The notes under the pieces were generated by a model that searched no databases, was not told the origin of the DNA, and was given only the letters and a program-made list of their open reading frames with translations. 64,000 nucleotides of DNA from an uncultured Gammaproteobacteria bacterium. GTDB lineage: Bacteria > Pseudomonadota > Gammaproteobacteria > Arenicellales > CAJQKF01. The stretch is from positions 3,071-67,070 of the forward strand of contig CBFGVH010000004.1 in the NCBI GenBank assembly GCA_965652415.1, in the 5' to 3' direction. The position numbers were made by a program, and so were the translations under genes. Below, one piece after another: positions 10,042 through 20,824 of this stretch (position 1 is the stretch's first letter; every line of letters starts with the position of its first letter).

Positions 10042-11712
10042 TCAAAACAGACCGGTGGTGTTGCCGGATTCGTCGAGACGAATGCGGGTAGCGGCAGGCA
10101 CCCGCGGCAGTCCGGGCATGGTCATGATGTCACCGCAGATCACGACCAGGAAACCGGCGCCGGCGGCCAGGCGCACCTCGCGCACTGGCACCACGTGATT
10201 CGACGGCGCACCGCGCAGGGCCGGGTCGGTGGAGAAGCTGTACTGGGTCTTGGCGATGCATACCGGGAGATGGCCGAAGCCGTCGTCCTCGAAGGCCTTG
10301 AACTGAGCCCGCACACGGCTTTCGGCGGTGATGTCGTCGGCCCCGTACAGGCGCCGGGCGATGGTGCGCACCTTCTCCCAGGGAGACAGCGAGTCCTCGT
10401 AAAGAGGCATGAACTGGCTGCGGCCGGCCTCGGCCAGCGCCGCCACCTCGCGCGCCAGCTGCTCGGTGCCGGCGCCGCCTTCGGAGAAGTGGGTACAGGG
10501 CACCGCGGTCACGCCGTGGCCGGCGCAGAACTCCTTCACCAGTTCCAGTTCCGCGTCGGTATCGCTGGCGAAGCGGTTGATGGCCACCACCAGCGGCACG
10601 CCGAACTGGTGAACGTTCTCGATGTGTCGGCGCAGGTTGGCGAAACCTTCACGGACGGCATCGAGGTTTTCGGCGCCGAGTGCGTCCCGGGCCACGCCGC
10701 CGTGGTACTTCAGGGCGCGAATCGTCGCCACCAGCACGGCGGCGTCGGGCGCCAGGCCCGACTTGCGGCACTTGATATCGAAGAACTTCTCGGCCCCGAG
10801 GTCGGCGCCGAAGCCCGCCTCGGTGACCACGAAGTCGGCCAGCCCCAGGGCGGTGGTGGTGGCGATCACCGAGTTGCAGCCGTGTGCGATATTTGCAAAC
10901 GGCCCGCCGTGGATGATCGCCGGGTTGCCTTCCAGTGTCTGCACCAGGTTGGGACTGAAAGCATCCTTGAGCAGCACGGTCATCGGCCCGGCCGCTTCGA
11001 GTTCCGCACAGCGAATCGGCCGGCGTTCGCGGGTGTAGCCGACGATGATGTCGCCCAGGCGCCGCTCGAGGTCCTCGAGACTCGATGCCAGGCAGAAGAT
11101 GGCCATCACCTCGGAGGCCACGGTGATGTCGAACCCCGACTCGCGCGGGAAGCCGTTGGCGATGCCGCCCAGGGCCACGTTGACCTGGCGCAGGGCGCGG
11201 TCGTTCATGTCCAGCACCCGTCGCCAGGCCACCCGGCGCGTGTCGAATCCGAGCTCGTTGCCCCAGTAGATGTGGTTGTCGATCATCGCCGCGAGCAGGT
11301 TGTGGGCCGCGGTGATGGCGTGAAAATCGCCGGTGAAATGAAGGTTGATGTCCTCCATGGGGATCACCTGAGCGTATCCGCCGCCGGCCGCGCCGCCCTT
11401 CATGCCGAAGCAGGGCCCGAGGCTCGGCTCGCGCAGGCACACCACCGCGTTCCTGCCGATGCGGTTGAGGCCGTCGGTGAGGCCAACCGAGGTCGTGGTC
11501 TTGCCCTCGCCTGCCGGCGTGGGAGAAATCGCCGTGACCAGCACCAGGCGCCCGCGCGGCCGTGCCGCGGCCTCGTTCACCATCGCCGCGCCGATCTTCG
11601 CCTTGTCGTGGCCGAAGGGACGCAGGTGCTCCCACGCGATGCCCAGGCGCTCGCCGATCTCGCCGATCGGACGGGGGGTGACGCTGCGGGCGATTTCTAT
11701 ATCGGATTTCAT
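10042..11712 (-). CDS. fhs: Formate--tetrahydrofolate ligase
   Basis: ATG at 11712 ('[11 protein letters not shown]'). FTHFS signature '[16 protein letters not shown]' and '[11 protein letters not shown]'. Confidence 0.95.
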   Translation of the reverse strand: MKSDIEIARSVTPRPIGEIGERLGIAWEHLRPFGHDKAKIGAAMVNEAAARPRGRLVLVTAISPTPAGEGKTTTSVGLTDGLNRIGRNAVVCLREPSLGPCFGMKGGAAGGGYAQVIPMEDINLHFTGDFHAITAAHNLLAAMIDNHIYWGNELGFDTRRVAWRRVLDMNDRALRQVNVALGGIANGFPRESGFDITVASEVMAIFCLASSLEDLERRLGDIIVGYTRERRPIRCAELEAAGPMTVLLKDAFSPNLVQTLEGNPAIIHGGPFANIAHGCNSVIATTTALGLADFVVTEAGFGADLGAEKFFDIKCRKSGLAPDAAVLVATIRALKYHGGVARDALGAENLDAVREGFANLRRHIENVHQFGVPLVVAINRFASDTDAELELVKEFCAGHGVTAVPCTHFSEGGAGTEQLAREVAALAEAGRSQFMPLYEDSLSPWEKVRTIARRLYGADDITAESRVRAQFKAFEDDGFGHLPVCIAKTQYSFSTDPALRGAPSNHVVPVREVRLAAGAGFLVVICGDIMTMPGLPRVPAATRIRLDESGNTTGLF

Positions 11713-11908
11713 CTCGGGCACGAACGCGTTCTCCGGCGGATGGACGGGCGCCAAGGCCCATTGCGAAAGTGCGCGTAGCGTAGCACCCGCCCCGCGCGAG
11801 ACTTTGCCAGCGGCGCCCGCCGCGAAGCGAAAAACGACTCGCGCGAGCCGTCCCGGTGACGCCGCCGGGCGCTGCCCGTGCGGCCGCGCACCCTGAGGAG
11901 GCGTCGCC

Positions 11909-13144
11909 CTACGTCGAGGCCGTCTCGGGCAGGTGCCTGAAGTCCCGCTCGCGCATGCCGATCAGGTAGAGGATGCTGTCGAGGCTCGATGCTCCCAGCG
12001 CCAGTCGCGCCTGGCGCCGCACCACCGGCTTGGCGCGAAAGGCGATGCCGAGACCGGCGATGCTGAGCATTTTGAGATCGTTGGCGCCGTCGCCGACGGC
12101 AATCACCTGCTCCAACCGGATGCCCTCGCGCTCGGCTATGGTGCACAGCAACTCCGCCTTCCTGTCCTCGTCGATGATCTCGCCGACGACCTTTCCCGTC
12201 AGCCGACCGTCGACGATCTCGAGCTCGTTGGCGTAGACGTAGTCGATGCCGAGACGCTCCTTCAGGCGACGGGCGAACCACGTGAATCCTCCGGAGATGA
12301 TCGCGGTCCGAAACCGGTAGTGCTTCAGCGTCCGCACCAGGGCCTCGGCGCCGTCGGTCACCCTGACCGATTCCGCCACCTTCTCGAGCTCCTCCTCGCC
12401 CAGCCCCCGAAGCAGCGCAAGGCGCCGGGTGAAGCTTTCCTTGAAATCGAGTTCGCCGGCCATGGCCCTCGCAGTGATGCGACCGACCTCGTCGCCGACG
12501 CCGGCGACGCGGGCAAGCTCGTCGATCACCTCGTTCTGGATCAGCGTCGAGTCCATGTCGAAGCACACCAAGCGGCGGTTGCGCCGGAACACGTTGTCCT
12601 CCTGGATGGCGACGTCGATGTCGAGGCTCTGCGACAGCTGCAGGAACGTGGCGTGCATCACCGACAGGTCCTTGACGTCGCCGCGCACGTGGAAGTCGAT
12701 GGCCGCGCGCCGCTTGTGCTCCGGGGTGCTCAGAAGCGCACGACCCGACAAGCGGTTGATGCGATCTATGTTCAGTCCCCCGACCGCGATGAGCTCGGCG
12801 ACGCGGCAGATGTGCTCGGCACGGATCTGCTTGCCGAGCACCGTGATCACGTGCCGCGAGCGGCCCTGCTGGCCCACCCAGCGGCTGTACTCGGCCTCGC
12901 TCACCGGGGTGACGTGCATGTTCAGACCGAGCCGATGGGCCTCGAACATCAGTTCCTTGAACAGGGCCGAATCCGACGCCTGGGGCGGGATCTCCACCAG
13001 CATGCCCCAGGCGAGGTTGTCGTGGATCACGGCCTGGCCGATGTCCAGCACGTTCAGGTGATAGCGCCCCATGATCGCGGTCAGCGACGCGGTGATGCCG
13101 GGGCGGTCGGAGCCGGTGACGTTGACAAGAACGATCTCGCTCAT
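11909..13144 (-). CDS. serB: Phosphoserine phosphatase (ACT-domain + HAD)
   Basis: 411 aa. N-terminal ACT-like repeats ('[16 protein letters not shown]') and HAD motifs 'FDMDSTLI' and 'GDGANDL'. Confidence 0.85.
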   Translation of the reverse strand: MSEIVLVNVTGSDRPGITASLTAIMGRYHLNVLDIGQAVIHDNLAWGMLVEIPPQASDSALFKELMFEAHRLGLNMHVTPVSEAEYSRWVGQQGRSRHVITVLGKQIRAEHICRVAELIAVGGLNIDRINRLSGRALLSTPEHKRRAAIDFHVRGDVKDLSVMHATFLQLSQSLDIDVAIQEDNVFRRNRRLVCFDMDSTLIQNEVIDELARVAGVGDEVGRITARAMAGELDFKESFTRRLALLRGLGEEELEKVAESVRVTDGAEALVRTLKHYRFRTAIISGGFTWFARRLKERLGIDYVYANELEIVDGRLTGKVVGEIIDEDRKAELLCTIAEREGIRLEQVIAVGDGANDLKMLSIAGLGIAFRAKPVVRRQARLALGASSLDSILYLIGMRERDFRHLPETAST

Positions 13145-13197
13145 GGCCTTGTGCGAGCGCGGGCCTGTTCAGCAGGGAATGGCCGCTGGACGCCCGG

Positions 13198-14301
13198 TCA
13201 CGCCGGGTTGGCGGCGCGGAACGCGGCCATGAAGTCGACAAGGGAGCGCACTCCCGCTTCCGGCATGGCGTTGTAAATGCTGGCACGCACGCCGCCGACG
13301 CTCCGATGGCCCTTGAGGTTGACCATGCCCCGCGCGGCGGCCTCCTTCAGAAAACGCGCCTCGAGGGCCTCGTCGGGCAGGCGGAACACCACGTTCATGT
13401 GCGAACGGCAGGCCTTGTCGACGGGGCTGCGGTAGTATCCGCCGCTGCCGTCGATGGCTTCGTACAGCAACCCCGCCTTTCGCGCTGCGGCGAGTTCCAT
13501 GGCCTCGAGGCCGCCGTTCGCCTCGATCCACCTCAGGACCTTGCCCAGCATGTACACCGCGAAGACCGGCGGGGTGTTGAACATGGAGTCCTTGTCGACG
13601 TGAACGTCGTAGCGCAGGTAGCGTCCCAGGGCCTTGTTCAGACCGGCAACGACGGAATTGCGGACGTACACCACCGCCAGCCCCGCAGGCCCGAGGTTCT
13701 TCTGCACGCCGCCGTAGACGAGGTCGACACGGTCCCAGGGTATGGGCCTGGCCATGTACTCCGAGGAGACGTCGGCGATGAGGGGCACGGACACATCGGG
13801 CCACTCCGGGAAGCGGATACCGCCGATGGTTTCATTGCTGGTGATGTGCAGGTAGCGGGTGCCGCCGCGGATCGCGATCTCGTCCGAAGAAGGCATGCGC
13901 GCGTAGCCGTGCGCCTGACCGTCCCAGGCGACGTACACGTCGCCGTAGCACTTCGCGTCGGCGATGGCACCCTTCGCCCACGAGCCGCTGTCGACGTACC
14001 CGGCGCATGCGCCCTCGGCCAGGAAATTCATCGGCACCATCGAGAACTGCAGCGTCGCCCCGCCCTGCAGGAACAGGACCTCGAACTCGTCACCGCAGCC
14101 GGCCACGCGCCGCGCCAGGTCCTTGGCCTCCTCGTGCACCGCCATGAAATGACTGCCGCGATGACTCATCTCGACCAGGGACATGCCCGAACCCTGGTAG
14201 TCCACGAACTCCTGCTGAACCTCGCTCAACACCTCCAGCGGAAGGGTGGAAGGACCGGCACTGAAATTGAACACCCGATTGACGGTGCCTGGATGATTCA
14301 T
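13198..14301 (-). CDS. serC: 3-phosphoserine/phosphohydroxythreonine aminotransferase
   Basis: ATG at 14301 ('MNHPGTVNRVFNFSAGPSTLP'). 'MSLVEMSHRG' and 'GGVQKNLGPAGL'. The track ORF carries a 28-aa extension. Confidence 0.9.
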   Translation of the reverse strand: MNHPGTVNRVFNFSAGPSTLPLEVLSEVQQEFVDYQGSGMSLVEMSHRGSHFMAVHEEAKDLARRVAGCGDEFEVLFLQGGATLQFSMVPMNFLAEGACAGYVDSGSWAKGAIADAKCYGDVYVAWDGQAHGYARMPSSDEIAIRGGTRYLHITSNETIGGIRFPEWPDVSVPLIADVSSEYMARPIPWDRVDLVYGGVQKNLGPAGLAVVYVRNSVVAGLNKALGRYLRYDVHVDKDSMFNTPPVFAVYMLGKVLRWIEANGGLEAMELAAARKAGLLYEAIDGSGGYYRSPVDKACRSHMNVVFRLPDEALEARFLKEAAARGMVNLKGHRSVGGVRASIYNAMPEAGVRSLVDFMAAFRAANPA

Positions 14302-14492
14302 CGAAAACTCCGGGGGGCGATCGGTGCGCCGCCGTCCACCGCGCGGGCACGCACCGATCCGTTGACGAGACGTTCCTGAAGACAAGGACGGACGATCTCT
14401 GCCCGACGCGGGCGGTGGGAGCGGCGACTTCGGCCGGGCCCCGCGGGCAGGCTCGCATTATAACAGGGGCGCGCCGCCCACGCCCGCGGCCG

Positions 14493-15854
14493 TCACGGGG
14501 CCGGGATGACGACCCTGACGTCGGCGCCGCCGGCGACGGCGGTACCGATATCGATCTCGCCGTCGTAGCTTTCGACGATGTCTCGCACGATGGACAGGCC
14601 GATGCCCTGTCCCGGGATCCGCTCGTCGGCACGCACGCCGCGGCGCAGAACGTCGCGGGCCAGCGCCGGCTCGATCCCGGGACCGTCGTCGGCCACCGAC
14701 AGCTCGACACCGCGCGCGCTTCGGTGCGCGCGCACGCGCACCTCGCCGGCGGTCCACTTGCAGGCGTTCTCGATCACGTTGCCGACGACCTCCATGAGAT
14801 CGCCCTCGTCCATGGGCACTGTCAGGCCCTGTTCCACGTCGACCGCGAGGTGCAAGCCGCGCTCGGCATAGACCTTGCGGAGCGTGCGCACCACCTTGTC
14901 GACCACGGGGCCCACGGCGATGGGCGGGATGTTCACGCGGCCTCCGGAGCTCGCGGCACGCTTGAGCTGGTAGTCGACGATATCGGACATGCGCCGGACC
15001 TGCTCGGCGAGCGTGACCCGCGCGCGATCGGCATCACCGTCCTCCTCGGTCAGCCCGCGCAGCACCGCGAGCGGCGTCTTCAGGCTGTGCGCGAGGTCCC
15101 CGAGCGAATTGCGATAGCGCTCGAGCGAGCGCTGGCTGCTTTCGATCAGGCGGTTGACGTTGCGGGTCAGCCCGCGAATCTCGTCCGGGTAGGCTCCCTG
15201 CACCAGCCGCTGCTCTCCCCGCTCCACCCGGTCGATCTCGCGCCCGACCCTCGACAGGGGCCTCAAGGCCCAGTGGAGGATCGACAGCTGCAGGGCCATC
15301 AGCAGGCCGACTCCCGCCGCGCTCCACAGGAAGAGGTTGCGTCGGAAACTGTCGACCTGTGCGCGGTACCGCGCCAGGTCCTCGGCGACCACGATCGTGA
15401 AACCGTGCTGCTCTCCCTCGGCCGATTCCCAGGCCACGCCGAAGCGCAGGGTGAAAAGATCGGTGCCTCCCTCGGTCCGTTCCAGCCCGAAGCGAGTCGA
15501 ACCGACCGGCATCGCGTAGGCGCTCGGCTCGACCAGCGGCGAGATCGCCGACGGCGAACGCCACACGTTGCCGCCGTCGGTGTCGTAGGCGAACGCGTAG
15601 AGTCCCGACCCCACCACCGAGAAGCGCGGCTCGACCAGCCGCTCGGGAAGGTAGATATTGCCCTCGGCATCGACTTCCGCCGCGGTCAGCAACGCGTAGA
15701 GCTGGGCGTTGAGCTGCTCGCGCACCGAGTCGCGCGCGGCCTGCTCGAAGGCGTTGTGCAGCACCGCGACGGCAACGGCGGCAAACATGAGCACCACCAG
15801 CGATGCGATGGCGAGCAGGCGAGCCCTCAGTGAACTGAACAGACCGAGCGCCAC
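14493..15854 (-). CDS. Sensor histidine kinase (PhoQ/QseC-like)
   Basis: H-box 'LGDLAHSLKTPLAVL', N-box 'NVIENACKW', G-boxes 'DDGPGI' and 'GQGIGLSIV', plus two TM segments. The track ORF runs to 15947 and overlaps the regulator by 80 nt. The GTG at 15854 gives a 13-nt gap and is preferred. Confidence 0.8.
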   Translation of the reverse strand: MALGLFSSLRARLLAIASLVVLMFAAVAVAVLHNAFEQAARDSVREQLNAQLYALLTAAEVDAEGNIYLPERLVEPRFSVVGSGLYAFAYDTDGGNVWRSPSAISPLVEPSAYAMPVGSTRFGLERTEGGTDLFTLRFGVAWESAEGEQHGFTIVVAEDLARYRAQVDSFRRNLFLWSAAGVGLLMALQLSILHWALRPLSRVGREIDRVERGEQRLVQGAYPDEIRGLTRNVNRLIESSQRSLERYRNSLGDLAHSLKTPLAVLRGLTEEDGDADRARVTLAEQVRRMSDIVDYQLKRAASSGGRVNIPPIAVGPVVDKVVRTLRKVYAERGLHLAVDVEQGLTVPMDEGDLMEVVGNVIENACKWTAGEVRVRAHRSARGVELSVADDGPGIEPALARDVLRRGVRADERIPGQGIGLSIVRDIVESYDGEIDIGTAVAGGADVRVVIPAP

Positions 15855-15867
15855 GCCGCGCCCGCCG

Positions 15868-16548
15868 TCAGTCGTCGAGGGTCGGGTTGAGGCGATAGCC
15901 GCGTCCGCGAAGGGTCTGGATCGGGTTGATGACGCCGTCGGGATCAAGCTTCTTGCGCAGGCGGCCGATGAACACCTCGATGACGTTGCTGTCCCGGTCC
16001 CGGTCCTCGTCGTAGATGTGCTCGACCAGCTCCGACTTCGACACGACCTTGTTGCGATTGAGCACGAGGTAATGCAGCAGCCGGTATTCGAACGCGGTGA
16101 TTTCCACGGACCTGCCGTCGACGCTGACTTCCTGGCTGGCGGTGTCCAGGGCGATCGGCCCGGCGCGCACCGTCGACTCGGCGACGCCGGCGCTTCGGCG
16201 TATCAGCGCGCGCAGCCTCGCCGACAGCTCCTCGAAGTGGAAGGGCTTGGTGAGATAGTCGTCGGCACCGGCCTCCAGCCCCTCGACCTTCTCCTGCCAG
16301 CGCGAACGCGCGGTCAGGATAAGAATCGGGAAGGTATGCTCCTCGCGCCTCAGCGTGCTGATCAACTCGATGCCCGAGATGCCCGGCAGGCCGATGTCCA
16401 CCACGGCGACGTCGATCGGGTACTCGCGCCCGAAATACAGGCCGTCGTCGCCGGTGGTCGCGCTGTCCACGGCGTAACCCTCGGCCCGCAGCCGCTCGGT
16501 GAGCTGGCGATTGAGTTCGACCTCGTCCTCGACGATCAGCACGCGCAT
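15868..16548 (-). CDS. OmpR/PhoB-family response regulator
   Basis: 226 aa. Receiver domain ('MRVLIVEDE', 'VVDIGLPG', 'ILTAR') and a winged-helix output domain ('RGRGYRL'). Confidence 0.9.
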   Translation of the reverse strand: MRVLIVEDEVELNRQLTERLRAEGYAVDSATTGDDGLYFGREYPIDVAVVDIGLPGISGIELISTLRREEHTFPILILTARSRWQEKVEGLEAGADDYLTKPFHFEELSARLRALIRRSAGVAESTVRAGPIALDTASQEVSVDGRSVEITAFEYRLLHYLVLNRNKVVSKSELVEHIYDEDRDRDSNVIEVFIGRLRKKLDPDGVINPIQTLRGRGYRLNPTLDD

Positions 16549-16555
16549 GGCTCGC

Positions 16556-16819
16556 TCAATCCTTGCCGGGGTCCACGGTCAGGACCTTGATGACGCCGTT
16601 CGAGAGGATCTTCACGCGCACCGTGTAGCCGCCCGGTCCCTTGATCGGCGTGGCCGAAAGCACCCTTCCCTTGTAGCGCTTGTTGATCTGCGACACGGCA
16701 CGCTCGACCGCCTCGTCGGGACTGGCGATGCGCTTGTTGTCACCCCTGCCGTTCGAATCCAGCGCCTGCGCCTGGGCGCCGGCGGCGATCAGAGCGAGCA
16801 CGATCAGCACTCGGATCAT
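16556..16819 (-). CDS. PepSY domain-containing periplasmic protein
   Basis: ATG at 16819. Signal peptide 'MIRVLIVLALIAAGAQAQA' and a PepSY-like body ('AVERAVSQINKRYKGRVLSA...YTVRVKILSNGVIKVLTVD'). Confidence 0.7.
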   Translation of the reverse strand: MIRVLIVLALIAAGAQAQALDSNGRGDNKRIASPDEAVERAVSQINKRYKGRVLSATPIKGPGGYTVRVKILSNGVIKVLTVDPGKD

Positions 16820-16894
16820 CAGTCCCCCCGAACCTTTCCCGTTGGTGCGCGGCATTATAGCGCCAGGGTCCGCCGGCCACTACCGAGCGGACTG

Positions 16895-17437
16895 CTACCA
16901 GGCCGGAGTGACATCGACGCGCACACGCAGTCGGTCGCCGGGGTCGTGATCCATCCGCGTCGTGTAGTCGCGGCCATGATACCGGTACGTCACGTCGTAG
17001 CCGTCGATGCGCTCCTCGTCGTGCACGTCGTGGACGGTGCGGCAGCGACGCTCGACCGTCTGGTAGGTGCGGCCGTACGGGGCCATGCGGCGGTTCTTGT
17101 AGTCGTGGCCGAGGGACCCGCCGAGCACCGCGCCGGCCACCGTCGCCACATCCCGACCGCTGCCGCTGCCGAACTGGTTGCCCACGGCAGCGCCGAGGAT
17201 GGAGCCGAGAATTTCCGGGGTGTACGTGCGCGGCGCAGGCTCGGTGACGGTCACCGTCTCGTCCCGGCACTGCCGGCGCGGGGTTTCGACGCGAACAACT
17301 CGCACCACGGGCTCGACCGAGGTGACGCGGGCGTAGTCGGTGTAGGCGGTGCCGGGTGCTGCGGCAAGGACCGGGGACGCGAGCAGCAGAACCGCGGCCG
17401 CCGCGCCCGGCAGGAGGTGTTCAATTGGCGTCTTCAT
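16895..17437 (-). CDS. Glycine-zipper (17-kDa-antigen-like) outer-membrane lipoprotein candidate
   Basis: 180 aa. Signal peptide plus a Gly-zipper 'ILGSILGAAVGNQFGSGSGRDVATVAGAVLGGSLG'. Confidence 0.65.
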   Translation of the reverse strand: MKTPIEHLLPGAAAAVLLLASPVLAAAPGTAYTDYARVTSVEPVVRVVRVETPRRQCRDETVTVTEPAPRTYTPEILGSILGAAVGNQFGSGSGRDVATVAGAVLGGSLGHDYKNRRMAPYGRTYQTVERRCRTVHDVHDEERIDGYDVTYRYHGRDYTTRMDHDPGDRLRVRVDVTPAW

Positions 17438-17634
17438 GCTGTCGTCTCCTCGGGAACGGGGCCGTTCCCGATCCGGTGGTTCCGTCGCGATTGCCTCGAG
17501 ATCATAGCGGCGCCCGCTGAATCGTCACTGAACCGGGCTCGATGCTGGTATTTTTCGCCTGGCCGTTGATAATAGCGCCTGCGGGCGGCAGACTCCGGGT
17601 GGACCGCCCTTAAGTCACCAGAAGGACCCCAGCC

Positions 17635-18231
17635 ATGTTGTTTTCTTCACGTTCGCTCGCCGGGCGCGGCCTGCTCGCGGGGCTCGCCGCCCTGTTCCTT
17701 TGCCTCGCCGGGACCGCCGGCGCCGAGACCTTCACCGGTGGCGTGCCCCTATCGCCGCAGCCCGATTCGGCGACCCTCAAGCCGGGGCTGGCCGTGAACT
17801 ACTTCTACAGGTACTTCGACCATATCGACGAACTCGACGGCCTCGACGGCGGCAAGCCGGGCGATGCGCTGACGAATCTCGACCACGTCGCCTTCGAGGA
17901 CGGCAAGGTGCTGACCACCAGCCAGCCTATGGGAGTCGGTGCCCACATCCGCGGCCTGATCCATCTCGACAAGCCCGGTACCTACACGTTCCGCCTGCAG
18001 TCGAACGACGGGGTCAAGCTGTTCATCGGCGGCGTATTCATGCACGTCGACCCGGAGATCCACGCGGCCCGCTGGTCGCCGGACCTGGCCTACGAAGTCA
18101 CCGAACCGGGCTGGTACGACTTCACCCTCGACTACTACCAGCGCAAGGGCACCTCGGCGCTCAGGCTGGTCTGGATCGCGCCGGGGGGCGAAGAGGAGAT
18201 CGTGCCGCCGGAGGCGTTCGCCTACCGCTAG
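17635..18231 (+). CDS. Secreted PA14 domain-containing protein
   Basis: 198 aa. Signal peptide 'LLAGLAALFLCLAGTAGA' and a PA14-type core ('GLAVNYFY', 'GTYTFRLQSNDGVKLFIGG', 'YDFTLDYYQRKGTSALRLVW'). Confidence 0.75.
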   Translation: MLFSSRSLAGRGLLAGLAALFLCLAGTAGAETFTGGVPLSPQPDSATLKPGLAVNYFYRYFDHIDELDGLDGGKPGDALTNLDHVAFEDGKVLTTSQPMGVGAHIRGLIHLDKPGTYTFRLQSNDGVKLFIGGVFMHVDPEIHAARWSPDLAYEVTEPGWYDFTLDYYQRKGTSALRLVWIAPGGEEEIVPPEAFAYR

Positions 18232-18731
18232 CGCCGCAGGATCAGTTGCCCGTCGCGCTGCACCAGTTCCAGGTCGCGCAGGAACGACATGCCGAGCAGC
18301 ACGATCGACTCGTCGATGCCGGGGCTGAGCACCGCCGCGACGTCCTCGAGCCGGATCGGGCCGATGGCGATCGAATCGATGGTCGTGCGTGCCCCGCGCA
18401 CGACGCCGTTGGCGGTCGACAACGTCACCGGGGCCCCCGGCCGAAGCCCCAGCCGCCGGCCGGTTGCCTCGGACATGGCGACGTCGGTCGCACCGGTGTC
18501 CACCAGGAACCGGATCGGCTCGCCGTTCACTTCGCCAGTGGCGACGTAGTGCCCCGAGCGGTTGCGCCGCAGCACCACTTCCTGTTCCCCGCTCTCGGCG
18601 ACGTTGACCACGGGCTCGGCGTTGGGGTTGAACTGGCGTTCGAGTTCACCCTGGAACAGCCACGCCACGAGGGCCAGGAATACCACCCAGGCGCCGAAAA
18701 CCATCCCCTTGCCAATACGCGCGGTAGCCAT
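18228..18731 (-). CDS. Membrane-anchored retropepsin-like aspartic protease (clan AA)
   Basis: The true start is the ATG at 18731 ('MATARIGKGMVFGAWVVFLALVAWLF'); the track ORF runs to 19607 and is spurious there. Catalytic 'FLVDTGAT' and 'LLGMSFL'. Confidence 0.75.
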   Translation of the reverse strand: MATARIGKGMVFGAWVVFLALVAWLFQGELERQFNPNAEPVVNVAESGEQEVVLRRNRSGHYVATGEVNGEPIRFLVDTGATDVAMSEATGRRLGLRPGAPVTLSTANGVVRGARTTIDSIAIGPIRLEDVAAVLSPGIDESIVLLGMSFLRDLELVQRDGQLILRR

Positions 18732-18859
18732 CAGCGGGAAGATGCGACGGCCCCCGGCCGCCCCGGGCTCGTTGAACGGAACCGATTGAACATGCACGTG
18801 ATGTGGGGCCGGCCCAAGGCCCGCGCAAGGCTCGCCCGCACGGCCGCCGATGGCGTGGC

Positions 18860-19864
18860 TCAGGCGGGTTCGCCGAACCGGTCCAGCAGTTCTCGCGGCA
18901 GCGCGATACCCTGCGCCGCCGCCCTTGCACGCGCCTCGAGCCGGCGCGAGCCGGGCAGGCGCACGCCGGGCTGGGCCATCATGGCGCCGATCAGCGCTTC
19001 GAGGCGGTCGGCGAACGCGCCGCCCGAAAACACGGCCGGATCGAAGCCGATCAGCAGCTGGCCAACCCCGGGGGGCTCGCCCTCGGCGTCGAAGAACGAC
19101 GAGGCCTCGTAGCCGAAGTTGGCGCCGGTCAGCGCGGCGGCGAGGATCTCCACCATCATGACCAGGGCCGAGCCCTTGGCATCGCCGATGGGCAGCATGG
19201 TTCCCGCCATGGCGGCCGCGGCATCCGTGGTCGGACGCCCTTCGGCGTCCAGCGCCCAGCCCGGCTCGATCGCCTCGCCCTTCGCCGCCGCCACCATGAT
19301 CCTGCCCCGCGCCACCTTGCTCAACGAAAGATCGATGACGAGGGGCGGGTCGGCGGCGCGCGGGGCCGCGAAGGCGATCGGGTTGGTGCCGAACAGGCCG
19401 GCGCTGCCGCCCCACGGCGCGATGGCGCGGGGACTGTTGCCGAAGCCCAGCGCAACCAGCCCGCGTTCGGCGAGCCGTTCCACGTGAAATCCGGCCTGGC
19501 CGAAGTGATGAGAGCGGAAAACCCCCGCGGAGGCGATGCCGGTCGTTCGTGCATGCTCTGCGACGCGGTCGATGGCGAGGTCCATGGCCGGGAAGGCGAA
19601 GCCGCATGCCGCGTCGATGCGCACCGCGGCGGCCGACTCCTGCACCACTGTCGGCTCGGCAAAGCCGTCGACCTTGCCGGACGCCGCCTGGGCGGCGTAG
19701 GACGGCAGCCGCGACAGGCCGTGCCCCTTCTGGCCGTCCGCCTCGGCAGCGACCAGGGCGCGGGCCACGCTGGCGGCGTTGGCCCTCGAGGTATCGTGCC
19801 GCTCGAGCGCCCGGGCGACGAATCGTTGGGCCTCGTCGAGATCGACGATTACGGAGTCGTTCAT
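18860..19864 (-). CDS. Ldh_2-family (malate/L-lactate/sulfolactate dehydrogenase family) oxidoreductase, ComC-like
   Basis: 334 aa. 'GQKGHGLSRLP', 'SHHFGQAG', 'LFGTNPIAFAAP', 'GDAKGSAL'. ATGA overlap with the upstream dehydrogenase. Confidence 0.8.
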   Translation of the reverse strand: MNDSVIVDLDEAQRFVARALERHDTSRANAASVARALVAAEADGQKGHGLSRLPSYAAQAASGKVDGFAEPTVVQESAAAVRIDAACGFAFPAMDLAIDRVAEHARTTGIASAGVFRSHHFGQAGFHVERLAERGLVALGFGNSPRAIAPWGGSAGLFGTNPIAFAAPRAADPPLVIDLSLSKVARGRIMVAAAKGEAIEPGWALDAEGRPTTDAAAAMAGTMLPIGDAKGSALVMMVEILAAALTGANFGYEASSFFDAEGEPPGVGQLLIGFDPAVFSGGAFADRLEALIGAMMAQPGVRLPGSRRLEARARAAAQGIALPRELLDRFGEPA

Positions 19865-20796
19865 GGACGGCGCCGATCCAGCACGCGGCGCACGTTGTCG
19901 GCGGTCACCCGGCTCACACGCACGTTGGATTCGTTGGTGACCCCGGCGACGTGCGGAGTCAGCACGAGGTTCGGCACTCCTTCGAAGCGCCGCGCCGCCT
20001 CGCCGGCCAGGGGCTCGGATTCGAACACGTCCAGGGCCGCGCCCGCGATTTCGCCGGAGAGCAGGGCCTCGGCCAGCGCCGCCTCGTCCACGACGCCGCC
20101 GCGGGCGGTATTGACCAGGACGGCCTCGCGTTTCATGCGGCCCAGCTCCGCGGCGCCGACCAGGCCGCGGGTCTCGTCGGTCAGCGGAACGTGAATGCTG
20201 ACGATGTCCGACTGCGCGAGCAGCTGGTCAAGTGTGTCCAGGCGACCCGCGCCGGCGAGGTTCACGCCGTCGGCGAGGTGGGGATCGTACGTGGCCACGG
20301 TCATGCCGAACGCGCGGGCCCGGTGAGCGGTTTCCCGCGCGATGCCGCCGAAGCCGACGAGGCCCAGGGTGCGCCCGCTGAGTTCGCCGCCGATGCCCGC
20401 GCTGCGCGGCCAGGCGCCCACGACGACCTCGCCCGATCGCAGGAACACGGGCCTGATCAGCAGCATCGCGGCGGCGATGACGTACTCGGCGACAGCCACG
20501 TCGTTGGCGCCGCCGGCCGGACAGACCTCGACGCCGCGGCGCGCGCAGGCGTCAAGATCGATATTGTCGAGGCCCACGCCGAGGCGGCCCACCACTTCCA
20601 GCGCGGGCGCCGCGTCCAGCAGCGCCTCGTCGACGCGGGTTCGGTTGCGTACCACCAGGGCGCGCGCACCAGGCAGCAGTGAGACCAGGCGTTCGCCGTC
20701 GTCGACCAGCGCGGGATCGTAAACGACGCGGTAGTCGCCGGCCAGGGAGTCGACCACCGGGCGGTCCATGAACTCGGTGATGACGATGTCGCTCAT
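19861..20796 (-). CDS. D-isomer-specific 2-hydroxyacid dehydrogenase family protein
   Basis: 311 aa. NAD-binding 'GLVGFGGIARE', 'NTARGGVVDE' and 'LTPHVAGVT'. Confidence 0.85.
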   Translation of the reverse strand: MSDIVITEFMDRPVVDSLAGDYRVVYDPALVDDGERLVSLLPGARALVVRNRTRVDEALLDAAPALEVVGRLGVGLDNIDLDACARRGVEVCPAGGANDVAVAEYVIAAAMLLIRPVFLRSGEVVVGAWPRSAGIGGELSGRTLGLVGFGGIARETAHRARAFGMTVATYDPHLADGVNLAGAGRLDTLDQLLAQSDIVSIHVPLTDETRGLVGAAELGRMKREAVLVNTARGGVVDEAALAEALLSGEIAGAALDVFESEPLAGEAARRFEGVPNLVLTPHVAGVTNESNVRVSRVTADNVRRVLDRRRP

Positions 20797-20824
20797 GGCC
20801 GGCTTGCCGCGCCGTCGGCTTTCG

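Noticed and set aside
18732-19607. N-terminal 292-aa extension of the retropepsin ORF. Similar extensions occur on the ettA (55190..55522), fkpA (24880..25437), secreted PKD protein (24118..25065) and serC ORFs.
   Set aside because: The extensions overlap well-supported genes on the other strand and lack homology features. In each case an internal ATG with a signal peptide or a conserved N-terminus fits better.
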